The notes under the pieces: generated by a model
The model's input: only the letters and a program-made list of their open reading frames with translations
Databases searched by the model: none
What the model was told of the DNA's origin: nothing
Part shown: positions 29,585 to 39,968 of the stretch, in pieces
How positions within the stretch are numbered: position 1 is the first letter of the stretch
How the letters are laid out: each line of letters opens with the position of its first letter
Program-made: the position numbers and the translations under genes
Assembly (NCBI GenBank): GCA_964585675.1
Contig: CAZPEO010000001.1
Span: 398-64,397, forward strand
Length of the DNA stretch: 64,000 nucleotides
Direction of reading: 5' to 3'
Source of the DNA: an uncultured Candidatus Saccharibacteria bacterium
GTDB lineage: Bacteria; Patescibacteriota; Saccharimonadia; Saccharimonadales; Saccharimonadaceae

Positions 29585-30823
29585 TTACGATTTGATAAGG
29601 AGGAGTAACTCGCGGGCGACGACTTGTCCCTCGCGGTAGTACAAGAGCTGGCTGTCGCGAACATGGCGCAGCTGGACACGCCGGTATCCGAGGGTGCCAA
29701 CGATATCGATAAGTGGCAAGTGGGTGAACGAACCATCATTGCCACGCCAGGCAGGCACGGCTACGCACAGGGGCGCACCGGGTGTGAGCTGGCGGGCGAT
29801 GTTGCGTAGGAATGTACTGACGATATGGTCGCAGTTACCGGTAACTTCGCGCAGCTTAGCAGGGGAAGGTGGGGCGGAAAAAGGTTGTCCTAGGTAGGTT
29901 TCGGCGACGACCGCAAGGTCAGCTCTGGGTTCTTGGTTCTGCATCGTAAGGAGTGGCCACTGGTAGATCATGGCGTCGGCATGATCTATACTGACATCGG
30001 TAGCAAGCGAGTATTTTTTGACGAGCCACTCAAGGTTTTCGCGCGAGTAGTCGACCATTTTTTCTGAGAGATCAGTGCCGCAGACGTCGAACCCAAGCAG
30101 GGCTGCTTCTTGGAGTACAACTCCAGTTCCACAAAATGGATCGAGGACCGCTTTCGGTAGCTCGACGCCTCGGCTACCATGTATCGCCTCAGATTTAGCG
30201 GTATTTTCACCGTCACCTGTCGCGAGGTTGATCATCATTCGAGCAAGTTTTGGCGGTAGCATGCCCACAAACGCATCGGTGCGCGGCCTGGCTTGGTCGC
30301 GAGCAGCCAAGGCAGTGATGTTTTGGGCGCCGACGCTTTCGGCGACGATGATATTACCTGCGCCAGTGCGCACCACGAGGAGTTCGACATGGTTGTTGCT
30401 GAGGCCAAGTTTGTTGTGGTGACTGGTAGCGGTGTTGAGGGCCGGCTCGTTGTTTGGGATGAGACGCAAGCTGACGCCCTGGGCTTTGAGTTTTTGCTTG
30501 AGGATGATACCGGTTTTTTGGACTTCACGAGCAGTAGTTTTGAAGCCGTAGGCGCTGATACCTAGCGTTATCTTGCCTTCGTGTGATTGCCAGGCAGTCG
30601 CGTAGGCACGCACGATTTCTTTGCTAGCACGGTGCCAATCACCCGATAGCTCGGCTACGACGCGTCCGGCTTTTTGGCTGCCGCCTAAACGCTCAAAGTC
30701 AAATCGTGGGCAATCAACTACGGCTGATTCGTCCGAAAACCAGCGAACCGACGCGCCACCATAGAGGCGTTCGAGCTCAGCCATGCCAAGAGCGGGTTGA
30801 CGACCCAGAATAGCGATGTACAT
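29585..30823 (-). CDS. TRM11-like SAM-dependent RNA methyltransferase
   Basis: GMLPPKLARMMINL, VLDPFCGTGVVLQEA; start MYIAILGRQP. Confidence 0.85.
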   Translation of the reverse strand: MYIAILGRQPALGMAELERLYGGASVRWFSDESAVVDCPRFDFERLGGSQKAGRVVAELSGDWHRASKEIVRAYATAWQSHEGKITLGISAYGFKTTAREVQKTGIILKQKLKAQGVSLRLIPNNEPALNTATSHHNKLGLSNNHVELLVVRTGAGNIIVAESVGAQNITALAARDQARPRTDAFVGMLPPKLARMMINLATGDGENTAKSEAIHGSRGVELPKAVLDPFCGTGVVLQEAALLGFDVCGTDLSEKMVDYSRENLEWLVKKYSLATDVSIDHADAMIYQWPLLTMQNQEPRADLAVVAETYLGQPFSAPPSPAKLREVTGNCDHIVSTFLRNIARQLTPGAPLCVAVPAWRGNDGSFTHLPLIDIVGTLGYRRVQLRHVRDSQLLYYREGQVVARELLLLIKS

Positions 30824-30892
30824 AATTAGTAGTATACCAGTAGTTCTTAGAAGCTGCACCGGAGCGGTCGTCAATGGTATAATACGTCATAG

Positions 30893-31936
30893 ATGAAAAT
30901 ATCGTTTAAGTCAGTGTTGAGTGTGGTGACACTTGCGATGGTTGTGCTGATTTTGTATGCATCGCGGCACCAGCTTGAGCACGCCTGGAGACTGCTCGCC
31001 CAGGTTAACATCTGGCTGGTTTGTTTGGTAGCGGTATTTACTATTATGAGTTATTTATTCTCTGGGGAGATGATTTTTTCGTATCTCAAACAAAAAAAGA
31101 TCCTCAAAGATGTCAGCTTGCTGACGCAAATGCGCGTGTCGCTTGAGCTAAATTTTGTGAATCATGTTTTGCCAAGCGGCGGTGCAAGTGGGGTGGCGTA
31201 TACCAACTGGAGAATGCGTAAACTCGGTGTTTCGACTTCAGGGTCGATGATGGCGCAGATCGTACGTTTTGCAGCTGGGTTTGCGGCGACCATCGTGCTG
31301 CTACTCGTCTCGTTGGTTGTCGTGACGATCGATGGGCATATTAATCGTTGGATCATTTTGATGAGCGCGCTGCTTATCATGAGCATGAGCGTCATCGTCG
31401 CTGGCTTCATGTTTGTTGCAAAAAGCCCCACACGCATCGCTAAACTCAGTCGGGCAATCGGAAGATTTTTGAGCCGTATTGGCCGGCTGCTCCCTAGTAG
31501 CCAGCGTCATAAGCTCGCAAAGACACGAGAGATCGAGCAATTTTTTGATGAATTTCATACTGATTATATACAGCTAAATCGCAGTAAGAAGCTGTTACGG
31601 CGGCCGTTTTTCTGGGGATTGTTGTTTATGACTTCAGACATCTTGATTTTTTTTATCGCATTTCTTTCGCTTGGTGCAGTTGTCAACCCGGCGAGTATTT
31701 TGATTGCGTATTGTGTCGCATCGCTAGCGGGGTTTGTGATGTTGACACCAGGTGGTGCAGGCGGGTACGAGGCACTCATGGTAGGCGTGCTGGTGATTGC
31801 AGGGACAACACAAAGTGTCGCGATTGCAGGGATACTCCTCGCCCGAGTCATTATTTTGCTCATCACGATCGTGGTTGGATACATTTTTTATCAACTAACT
31901 CTCAACAAATATGGCAAGCGACCCGCCACGGTTTAG
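30893..31936 (+). CDS. Lysylphosphatidylglycerol synthase TM-domain (flippase-like) protein
   Basis: Multi-TM; N.VLPSGG and TPGGAGGYEA motifs. Confidence 0.85.
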   Translation: MKISFKSVLSVVTLAMVVLILYASRHQLEHAWRLLAQVNIWLVCLVAVFTIMSYLFSGEMIFSYLKQKKILKDVSLLTQMRVSLELNFVNHVLPSGGASGVAYTNWRMRKLGVSTSGSMMAQIVRFAAGFAATIVLLLVSLVVVTIDGHINRWIILMSALLIMSMSVIVAGFMFVAKSPTRIAKLSRAIGRFLSRIGRLLPSSQRHKLAKTREIEQFFDEFHTDYIQLNRSKKLLRRPFFWGLLFMTSDILIFFIAFLSLGAVVNPASILIAYCVASLAGFVMLTPGGAGGYEALMVGVLVIAGTTQSVAIAGILLARVIILLITIVVGYIFYQLTLNKYGKRPATV

Positions 31937-33005
31937 TGTCGGTGACTTATTGGCAAGCCTCAACCAAACGCTTGAGTACGCGTATCCAATAGTCGAAGTC
32001 GAAGGAGAGGTAGCGAGCTTCAAGGTAAACCAACAAAAGTATGTGTTTTTCGATCTAAAAGACGCATCAGGAAGTATCAGCTGTTTTATGACGGTGTGGC
32101 AACTGCGTGTGCCCATACAGGATGGCATGAAAGTAGTCGTGCGGGCTACGCCTAAGCTGACGGCGTGGGGTAAATTCAGTATCACTGTGCAAACAGTGCG
32201 TCTGAGCGGGGAGGGGAGTATCAAAAAAAGTTTTGAGCTTTTGAAACGAAACCTCGAGACAGAAGGGTTGTTTAGCTCAGATCGCAAACGCACGTTACCA
32301 CTTCTCCCGTCGCATATCGCGGTGGTGAGTAGCACAGCGGCCGCGGGGTATGCGGATTTTATTGCCATACTCAACGAGCGATGGGGTGGCATGAAAGTCG
32401 AGGTCGCACATGTGCAAGTGCAAGGAGAGGTAGCCGCCGATCAAATCATACGAGCGATCGAATATTTCAATACCTGCGAGGAGCTGCCTGAGGTGATTGT
32501 GATTATACGCGGTGGTGGCAGTGCCGATGATTTACAGGCCTTTAATGACGAGCTGTTGGTGCGGGCGATTGCAGCCAGTCGCACGCCAACTCTCGTGGGG
32601 GTAGGACATGAGACCGATGAGACACTTGCTGAACTGGCGGCTGATGTACGTGCGGCCACACCGAGCAATGCCGCACAGTTAATTGTTCCAGACAGGCGTG
32701 AACTGCGCCAGCAGGCTTGGGGAAATGTGCGCCTGGTGGCACTACGAGCAGAGCAAGTCGTTGCCGAGCAGCAACGGCGCGTTCAGCGGTTGCTCGAACA
32801 AGCCGTAGCGAGCATGGAGACAAGCCTAGAGCGGGAAGATCACCGAGTGGCTGCGGCCCGCATGCGGCTCGACGCATACAATCCGTCTGCAATTTTGCGG
32901 AGAGGCTATGCGGTCGTTCGGGGCAAGGTTGCAGTTGGCGAAGTGATTATGATTGAAAGAATAAACGATACAATAACAGCGGAGGTGCAACATGTCGAAG
33001 GCTAA
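31911..33005 (+). CDS. xseA: Exodeoxyribonuclease VII large subunit
   Basis: VEGEV, FFDLKD, RGGGS..DL..FN.E, GVGHETD, TPSNAA. Confidence 0.96.
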   Translation: MASDPPRFSVGDLLASLNQTLEYAYPIVEVEGEVASFKVNQQKYVFFDLKDASGSISCFMTVWQLRVPIQDGMKVVVRATPKLTAWGKFSITVQTVRLSGEGSIKKSFELLKRNLETEGLFSSDRKRTLPLLPSHIAVVSSTAAAGYADFIAILNERWGGMKVEVAHVQVQGEVAADQIIRAIEYFNTCEELPEVIVIIRGGGSADDLQAFNDELLVRAIAASRTPTLVGVGHETDETLAELAADVRAATPSNAAQLIVPDRRELRQQAWGNVRLVALRAEQVVAEQQRRVQRLLEQAVASMETSLEREDHRVAAARMRLDAYNPSAILRRGYAVVRGKVAVGEVIMIERINDTITAEVQHVEG

Positions 33006-33204
33006 ACAACTAACAATTGAGGAAAAGATGCACGAGCTTCAAGCGATGGTGGCGTGGTTTGATGGTGATGACTTTCGTCTCGAGCAGGCGATGGAGGTGT
33101 ACAAAAAAGCTGAGCAATTGGCGAGCGAGATAGATCGTGAGCTGTCTGAATATAAAAACGAGATCACGGTTTTGAAGAAAAAATTTGATCAAGCGGCCGC
33201 ATGA
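32992..33204 (+). CDS. xseB: Exodeoxyribonuclease VII small subunit
   Basis: 70 aa helical protein overlapping the xseA end; GGAGG RBS; LEQAMEVYKKAEQL. Confidence 0.8.
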   Translation: MSKAKQLTIEEKMHELQAMVAWFDGDDFRLEQAMEVYKKAEQLASEIDRELSEYKNEITVLKKKFDQAAA

Positions 33205-33698
33205 CAGTACTTTTCTGGGTTGGCATGGGGCTACTGTGTTTTTTTGGTTTCATGGCGTTTACGGGTGCTCCATATGTACCTTCAAAGCGCCGAGAGATTA
33301 GAGAAGCATTTACCAAACTATACTCTCTCAGTGACAAAGACGTGCTTGTTGATATTGGTGCAGGTGATGGTATTGTGCTACGTGAGGCAAGTAGGGTGGG
33401 AGCTAAGGCTATCGGGTTTGAGATCAATCCAGCGTTAGTTGTGCTCGCCAAGTGGCTATCGCGCGCAGACAAAAACGTTTCCGTGCGACTCGCAAACTTT
33501 TGGCATACTCCGCTGCCAGATGATACAACAGTGGTGTATGTGTTTGGTGATGGAAGGGATATCGGTAATATCTACAGGCGTGTTCAGGCTGAGGCATCAC
33601 GCTTGGAGCGTCATTTGATGCTGGTGAGCTATGGGTTTGATATCAAAGGAGTGCCTGCTGCTGGTCGGTATCGGGCATATTTTCTTTATAAAGTCTAG
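33201..33698 (+). CDS. Membrane-anchored class I SAM methyltransferase
   Basis: GAPYVPS, DIGAGDG, GFEINP. Confidence 0.85.
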   Translation: MTVLFWVGMGLLCFFGFMAFTGAPYVPSKRREIREAFTKLYSLSDKDVLVDIGAGDGIVLREASRVGAKAIGFEINPALVVLAKWLSRADKNVSVRLANFWHTPLPDDTTVVYVFGDGRDIGNIYRRVQAEASRLERHLMLVSYGFDIKGVPAAGRYRAYFLYKV

Positions 33699-33737
33699 TC
33701 TTTACAAGCACAAAACCATAAGTATAATAAAAGGAGT

Positions 33738-34400
33738 ATGACTAATCTTCGACAGCGCGAGTCAGGCACAATCAATGCAAGTATATTCGCTATCATTGCG
33801 CTCATAATACTAGTAATAGCCTTTGGTTCATTTGGCATATGGTCGTATCTCAACTATGTGGAGCAGAAGAAGGATGTAGACGGAAAGATAGCAGACGCTG
33901 AGGAAAAAGCAAAGCTACTTCAGTCTACTGCAGATGAAGAAAAATTTGCTAAACGTGAAAAAGAGCCTCTTCGCCAGTTTGTAGGACCCGCTGATTATGG
34001 ACGATTGACATTTGATTATCCCAAGACGTGGAGCGCCTACCAAGCGACTGATGTCAGTAAGGGAGGGGGCATTACATATGAAGCGTACCTCAACCCAATT
34101 CTCGTCCCACCTACCTACGAGACAAATAAGATTGCACTAAGAGTTAAGATAGAGCAAAAAACGTATGACCAGGTGCTTGCTTCATATGATAAGCAAATTC
34201 AGAAAGGGGAGCTTAAGACTTCCATCTATAACGATGGTGTCCACACGGGTACCACTATGATTGGCAATTTTACTAAAGATACAATCAGTACGACCGTTTT
34301 CTTGAAGATGCGTGACCGCACATTGACGCTGCGCACCGATGGTGATGTATTTAAAGATGATTTTGCGGCTATTCTCAAGACGGTGAAGTTTAACGAATAG
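33738..34400 (+). CDS. Exported protein with prepilin-like N-terminus
   Basis: QRESG|TI followed by a hydrophobic helix; LTFDYPKTW (PsbP-like). Confidence 0.7.
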   Translation: MTNLRQRESGTINASIFAIIALIILVIAFGSFGIWSYLNYVEQKKDVDGKIADAEEKAKLLQSTADEEKFAKREKEPLRQFVGPADYGRLTFDYPKTWSAYQATDVSKGGGITYEAYLNPILVPPTYETNKIALRVKIEQKTYDQVLASYDKQIQKGELKTSIYNDGVHTGTTMIGNFTKDTISTTVFLKMRDRTLTLRTDGDVFKDDFAAILKTVKFNE

Positions 34401-34432
34401 CACATTCTCTCGTGCTACACTAGAAGTAGCCT

Positions 34433-35167
34433 ATGGAGGGGAAACTGGATGGAGCGATAAAGGGTGGTGACATGTTTGTTCATGCGCCGTTTTTTGTTGC
34501 GGCAGCACATGAGCTCAAATCGCCGCTCGCCTTGGTTCGCCAACTGTCCCTAGAGCTGGCTTCGGAAGAACTGTCAGCCAAGGACCGCAAGATGATCGCT
34601 GAGCAGATATCCCTGACAAGTGAGCGTGCTCTCCGGCTCACGACCGACCTTACCAAGCAAGCGCGTCTCGAAGATAGCTTGTTTACACTTGAGCCGCTCA
34701 ATGCAGTGGCTCTCTGTGAAGAAGTGGTCCATGAGCTACAACCGCTCTACCGCGCAAAGGGTAAGCGTCTTAGATTTGGTTCGGGTCGGCGAACAGTTTT
34801 GTGTCTAGCGAACAAAGACCTACTTCGACGAATTTTGTTGAGTCTGACTGACAACGCGGTGCATTATGCTGACAACTCTGACGTTGTGGAATTATCGGTA
34901 CAGGCTACAGAAGGCGGACGCTATGTGAGACTGGGGGTTCGCGATTATGGGCCAGCAGTACCGAGAGCTGCATGGAAAACGCTTGTTAACTCTCTTGGGA
35001 GGGCGACCCATCCTTTGCATGATCGGCCAGCGTCGAGCGGGCTTGGTATGTACATCGCAACGCAATTTGCCGCTGCTATGCAAGGAGAAGTAGGGGCAGT
35101 GCGGCATCAAGACGGCGCTACGTTCTACGTCGAAGTCCATGCCTCTCATCAGCTGAGGCTTATCTAA
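34433..35167 (+). CDS. Histidine kinase (HisKA+HATPase) lacking a sensor domain
   Basis: AHELKSPL, DNAVHY, RDYGP, SSGLGMYI. Confidence 0.9.
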   Translation: MEGKLDGAIKGGDMFVHAPFFVAAAHELKSPLALVRQLSLELASEELSAKDRKMIAEQISLTSERALRLTTDLTKQARLEDSLFTLEPLNAVALCEEVVHELQPLYRAKGKRLRFGSGRRTVLCLANKDLLRRILLSLTDNAVHYADNSDVVELSVQATEGGRYVRLGVRDYGPAVPRAAWKTLVNSLGRATHPLHDRPASSGLGMYIATQFAAAMQGEVGAVRHQDGATFYVEVHASHQLRLI

Positions 35168-35538
35168 TGCCCTCGCGATCTATTGTCGTTGTCGAAGACG
35201 ACCCCTGGGTAGCTTCTGCATTCACACGTGAGCTTGAGCGGGCAGGATTTTTGGTGCGATGTGCCCAAAATGGGCTAGAAGGTATGCAGTTGATTGATGA
35301 TATACATCCTGACGTGGTTGTGCTCGACGTATTTCTTCCTGGGCCTAACGGTATGGTACTGCTGCATGAACTACAGTCGCATAGTGATCTTGCTTCGATT
35401 CCGATTGTCATTTGTACGACGAGTGCTGCCGATATCCCAAAAGATAGTTTACGTTCGTACGGCGTGCGCAGAGTGCTCGATAAAACTTCGCTAGCATACG
35501 GCGATGTCGTGGCAGCAGTCAAGAGGTGTCTCGTATGA
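35167..35538 (+). CDS. Stand-alone response regulator receiver
   Basis: VVEDD, VLDVFLP, ICT, LDK. Confidence 0.9.
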   Translation: MPSRSIVVVEDDPWVASAFTRELERAGFLVRCAQNGLEGMQLIDDIHPDVVVLDVFLPGPNGMVLLHELQSHSDLASIPIVICTTSAADIPKDSLRSYGVRRVLDKTSLAYGDVVAAVKRCLV

Positions 35539-36212
35539 GTATTGAACGCACGCGAGCAATCGTGCTAAGACGTACAAATTACGGTGAGGCAGATCGTATT
35601 CTTCGTATGATTACACCGATCGGTCAACGCACTGCCATTGCAAAAGGTGTCCGTCGCGAAAAAAGCAAACTAGCTGGCGGCATAGAGCTGTTTGCAATTA
35701 GCGACGTGGTGATCACAGCTGGTCGAGGGGACATGGGGGTGCTCACAGGTGCGCGGTTGGTGCATTTTTATCGGCACATTCTAGAAGAGTATGACCGTCT
35801 ACAGTTTGGGTATGAGGCCATCAACAGTGTAGCGCGAGCCAGCGCTGAGGTCGATGAACCAGAGTGGTATGGGGTACTCAGTGAGGTGTTTATGGCGCTT
35901 GATGTTTTAGAGATTCCTCTTCAGCTTGTGCAGACATGGTTTTATCTGCATCATGCAGTGCTGGTTGGGTATGAACTCAATCTCGAGCGAGACGTCGCTG
36001 GCAATGTGCTAGATGCTCACAAAACGTACATGTATGATACAGCCGAGAGGGGGTTGCGCGTGGCGGAGCAAGGCGACATCGATGCAAGTCACATAAAGTT
36101 TCTGAGAATACTAGGCACCAAGCCGATCAAAACCGTCATGCAAATAGGCGGTGTCGCAGAGATTCTCCCTGCATGCTGGATGCTCGCTCGCCAGCACGCT
36201 GCTATCGATTAA
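35535..36212 (+). CDS. recO: DNA repair protein RecO
   Basis: AIVLRRTNYGEADRIL, AKGVRREKSKLAGGIELF. Confidence 0.93.
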   Translation: MSIERTRAIVLRRTNYGEADRILRMITPIGQRTAIAKGVRREKSKLAGGIELFAISDVVITAGRGDMGVLTGARLVHFYRHILEEYDRLQFGYEAINSVARASAEVDEPEWYGVLSEVFMALDVLEIPLQLVQTWFYLHHAVLVGYELNLERDVAGNVLDAHKTYMYDTAERGLRVAEQGDIDASHIKFLRILGTKPIKTVMQIGGVAEILPACWMLARQHAAID

Positions 36213-36250
36213 CTTGTTATTCCGAAATTAAATGATATAATACATAAATC

Positions 36251-37750
36251 ATGACAGAGAGAGAAACTGGCGCTGAGTCGTTGTTTTCCGACGGACTTAT
36301 TCACTGTAGCGATACTCATTGCATAGATGTCAATAATCTACCAGCTATTGAGCGGGTTGAGCAGCTTGCCGATATTGGGCTGCGGGTTGAGCAGGCCATA
36401 GAGGACCTCGAAGCACTGCGCCGAAAGCAAGAGTTTGCCGAAAAGACAGATTTTATGGCTGTGAGAAATGAGATACTTGAAGTACTCAATCGCTCAGCCG
36501 GGCGAGACGTGTATGCGTTACTAGATGGAGAAATTAGTGTTGATACACTCAATGTGCTACGTGACGCGATGACTGGGGCTCAGGAAGCAATGTGCAGTCC
36601 AGGGGAGAGATCGCTTGATCCACGCAACCAGATGCTTACTGAGGCATGGATGGACGCTATCGTGTGTATGATTACGGCAAGGGCACAGCTGATGGGGCTT
36701 GCTATAGAGCATCCGTATGCGACGAAAATCATGACATCACCTCAGTATTTTGCAGGAATAAGCACGGGATTGAGATTAGTATATATGCACGATATTTTAA
36801 GGGGCAAGGAGCAGAGTATTATTCTCAAACTCCACGCAGACGCCGAGACGCGCGCATACGATGAACAAAGTTTACTGGACTTTGGTATCCATGAAGAACT
36901 TGTGTTAGATGAGGCAACGCGAAATCAACTCACTTGTGTTGCGCTTGGCGCCAAAGCATCTGGAGCACAGCTATGCCCCCTCCAAAAACGATTTGGTATT
37001 TGCCGAGAGGTGGCAAACGAGGTCGATCTAGTTGAGTTTTTGCCGCTACAACGCAGTATCACAACGTATCTTCAAAAAGAACGAGAGCGCCTGACGAGAG
37101 AGCTAGTCCTGTGGGCGAAAAAAGAAAAGAGTGGCACCCAGCACCTCAAAGCCTATGACATTGGAATCACTGAGACCCCGGTAGCCACAGTACATCCTGA
37201 AGTAGATTCACCGCGGATATCCAAACGTGCATCCCGTCGTGTCGGTGCCCGGAGCCCTTTAGAGAGAAGCAACCACACGCCTATCGAGACGATAATGTTG
37301 TCTGAAACGAAACTCTTAGTTGGTGGTGATGAGTTTTGTTTCGCTGTCGCTGGTGAGGTTGACGAACAGAAATTGGCAGAGCTAGTGAGTGCGGTCGTTC
37401 ATACTAAAATGATTCAGGAATCTATTGGCAATCATCGCGAGAGTACTAGCTATCAGGAGTTCTTAACATATGCTATAACCAGTCTAGTCAGAATGGACTC
37501 GTCAGCTCGACAGGCTTCGAAGCGACTTCGCGATGTGGCTGGCGCAACAAATCAATATGGCGTCTTAGAAAAAGCCTATAGGCTATCAGGAAGAAGTCTT
37601 CCTGGTGGCGGTGGTGGTAAACTGGGGTGTGACACGCGTATTCTCTACACGTATGGAGCACAGGGTACCATACGCTACCTTACGATTCGTGCAGTCATGC
37701 ATCGAAGTGACCCACGATATAGAAGTAACCTACGGACGTTCTTTCGCTAA
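36251..37750 (+). CDS. Hypothetical protein, possible C-terminal RelE-like domain
   Basis: 499 aa; TGATATAAT 9 nt upstream; C-terminus AYRLS...TRILY...TIRAVMHRSD. Confidence 0.7.
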   Translation: MTERETGAESLFSDGLIHCSDTHCIDVNNLPAIERVEQLADIGLRVEQAIEDLEALRRKQEFAEKTDFMAVRNEILEVLNRSAGRDVYALLDGEISVDTLNVLRDAMTGAQEAMCSPGERSLDPRNQMLTEAWMDAIVCMITARAQLMGLAIEHPYATKIMTSPQYFAGISTGLRLVYMHDILRGKEQSIILKLHADAETRAYDEQSLLDFGIHEELVLDEATRNQLTCVALGAKASGAQLCPLQKRFGICREVANEVDLVEFLPLQRSITTYLQKERERLTRELVLWAKKEKSGTQHLKAYDIGITETPVATVHPEVDSPRISKRASRRVGARSPLERSNHTPIETIMLSETKLLVGGDEFCFAVAGEVDEQKLAELVSAVVHTKMIQESIGNHRESTSYQEFLTYAITSLVRMDSSARQASKRLRDVAGATNQYGVLEKAYRLSGRSLPGGGGGKLGCDTRILYTYGAQGTIRYLTIRAVMHRSDPRYRSNLRTFFR

Positions 37751-37843
37751 AAGTGCTCTGACGGCACGCACGCTAGATATGGTATAATGAACAACAATAT
37801 AATTCTTTTCAGCGTGTTACCAACATGCAGAAAGTAGGTGAAT

Positions 37844-39130
37844 ATGTCTGAAGTCAAGCTAGACGATATTGTGGCGCTGGCGAAGCGCCGCGGGTTTATT
37901 TATCAGGGAAGTGATGTCTATGGCGGCCTAAGTGGCACGTGGGATTATGGCCCGCTTGGTGTAGCGCTTAAACGCAATATTATGGGGCTATGGTGGAACA
38001 TGTTTGTCGATGCGCGCGACGATATGTATGGTGTCGATGCGGCGATTCTCATGAATCAAAAAACTTGGCAGGCCAGTGGGCATGTCGATACTTTTACGGA
38101 TCCGCTCGTCGAATGCAGTGAGTGCAAGGGAAGATTTCGGGCAGACAAGCTCGACGATCCAAACAAATGCCCAAGTTGCGGCAAAGATGGTACGTTTGGT
38201 GAGGCCAGGCCATTTAATATGATGTTCAAAACCATGGTTGGGCCAGTGGAGAGCGAGGCGGCGGTGAGCTACCTCAGGCCTGAAACAGCCCAAGGAATCT
38301 TTACGAACTACAAAAATGTGCTCGATAGTTTTTACCCTGATTTACCATTTGGTTTAGCGCAGCAGGGCAAAGCCTTTCGCAACGAAATCAGCCCACGAGA
38401 TTTTATCTTTCGTTCTAGAGAATTTGAGCAAATGGAAATTGAATGGTTCGTCGATCCAGCTAATTGGGAGGACGAGTTCGAGAAGTGGCGTGTGCTAGGA
38501 CATCAATGGTGTGATGCGCTGGGGTTGCCGGCAAATAAGGTGCATGAGCTAGAAGTGCCACAGGAAGAATTGGCACACTATAGTAAGCGCACGATTGATT
38601 TTGAGTATGACTTTCCGATTGGACGCGAGGAGTTATTCGGGTTGGCGTATCGTACTGATTTTGATCTTGGGAATGTAGCGCGCGTTAGTGGCAAAAACAT
38701 GGAATACACTATAAAAGGCACGAACACAAAATTTGTTCCCCATGTCATTGAGCCGAGTTTTGGAGTTGAGCGAGCACTGATGGCGGTGCTGTCGGCTGCG
38801 TACCGCGAAGACGACCAAAACGGCGAAAAGCGCATCTATCTGGCGCTACCAGAGCACCTCGCGCCAGTCAAATACTGTGTATCGCCACTGCTCAAAAACA
38901 AGCCAGAGTTGGTCGCAAAAGCCCGAGAGGTTTATGACTCGCTTAAGAAAAAATATGGCGCTGTCATGTGGGACGACAACGGCAACATTGGTAAACGCTA
39001 TCGCCGCCAAGACGAAATTGGCACGCCGAAATGCATTGTCATCGACTTTCAGACACTTGATGACAATACCGTCACCGTGCGAGATCGAGATACGACAGAG
39101 CAGCAACGCATAGTGGCCGACAGTTTGTGA
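37844..39130 (+). CDS. glyS: Glycyl-tRNA synthetase (alpha2 type)
   Basis: WDYGPLG, LRPETAQGIF, FRNEISP, EPSFG, IGKRYRRQDEIGTP. Confidence 0.96.
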   Translation: MSEVKLDDIVALAKRRGFIYQGSDVYGGLSGTWDYGPLGVALKRNIMGLWWNMFVDARDDMYGVDAAILMNQKTWQASGHVDTFTDPLVECSECKGRFRADKLDDPNKCPSCGKDGTFGEARPFNMMFKTMVGPVESEAAVSYLRPETAQGIFTNYKNVLDSFYPDLPFGLAQQGKAFRNEISPRDFIFRSREFEQMEIEWFVDPANWEDEFEKWRVLGHQWCDALGLPANKVHELEVPQEELAHYSKRTIDFEYDFPIGREELFGLAYRTDFDLGNVARVSGKNMEYTIKGTNTKFVPHVIEPSFGVERALMAVLSAAYREDDQNGEKRIYLALPEHLAPVKYCVSPLLKNKPELVAKAREVYDSLKKKYGAVMWDDNGNIGKRYRRQDEIGTPKCIVIDFQTLDDNTVTVRDRDTTEQQRIVADSL

Positions 39131-39160
39131 TTTGGTTATCTAAATTAGGAAATTAACGCA

Positions 39161-39883
39161 ATGAAGACAGTCGGGATAATAGGATTCGGTAGTTTTGGAA
39201 AGTTCTTGGCAGAGAAACTTAGTTCGCACGCCAAGGTGCTTGTGTATAGCTATAGTGGTGCTGGCTCATCGTGGCAGGAATCCATCGAGCAAGTGGCAGG
39301 TTGCGATTATGTGATTCCTGCGATTCCGCTCGATGCATATCCGCGTGTGCTAAAACAAATCAAGCCATTGCTTGGTAAAAATAGCGTGGTTGTTGATGTA
39401 TGTTCGGTCAAAAATAAGCCCATTATGTATCTGCATCAACATCTGCCTGGTACAAAGTTTGTTGCAGCGCACCCTATGTTTGGGCCAGAATCGGCAGGCG
39501 TGTCGTTTGATGGTCATACGCTAGTCATGTGTCCCGAAGGTGGAATGCACGAAGGGTATCAAGCGGTTAAGCAGTTTGCACAATCTTTGGGGCTAAGTGT
39601 TATCGAGATGAGCGCCGATGAGCACGATGAAGAGATTGCGGTAGTACAAGGGTTAACATTCTTTATTGCGAGAGCGCTCAATAGCGTTGGGGTAGAAGGG
39701 CAGAAATTACACACCCCCTCATTTGCTCGGTTGTTGCATCTTGCAGAGCTCGAAAAGCACCATAGTTCTGAGTTATTTACTACCATACAAAACGGCAACC
39801 CAAAAACATCAGAAGTCCGGCAAGCGTTTTTGCGCGCCGCCGAAGAAATTGATAATCGCCTCGCAAATGAGAATACGCGATGA
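39161..39883 (+). CDS. tyrA: Prephenate/arogenate dehydrogenase
   Basis: GIIGFGSFG, DVCSVK, HPMFGP, EHD...A.VQGLT. Confidence 0.9.
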   Translation: MKTVGIIGFGSFGKFLAEKLSSHAKVLVYSYSGAGSSWQESIEQVAGCDYVIPAIPLDAYPRVLKQIKPLLGKNSVVVDVCSVKNKPIMYLHQHLPGTKFVAAHPMFGPESAGVSFDGHTLVMCPEGGMHEGYQAVKQFAQSLGLSVIEMSADEHDEEIAVVQGLTFFIARALNSVGVEGQKLHTPSFARLLHLAELEKHHSSELFTTIQNGNPKTSEVRQAFLRAAEEIDNRLANENTR

Positions 39884-39968
39884 CAAGAGAGGGTAGGCTA
39901 ATATAGCTAGCAATAAAATACGCAGGCAAAAGCCATCTCATCACCCAGAAGACTATGGGCTTGATGTC

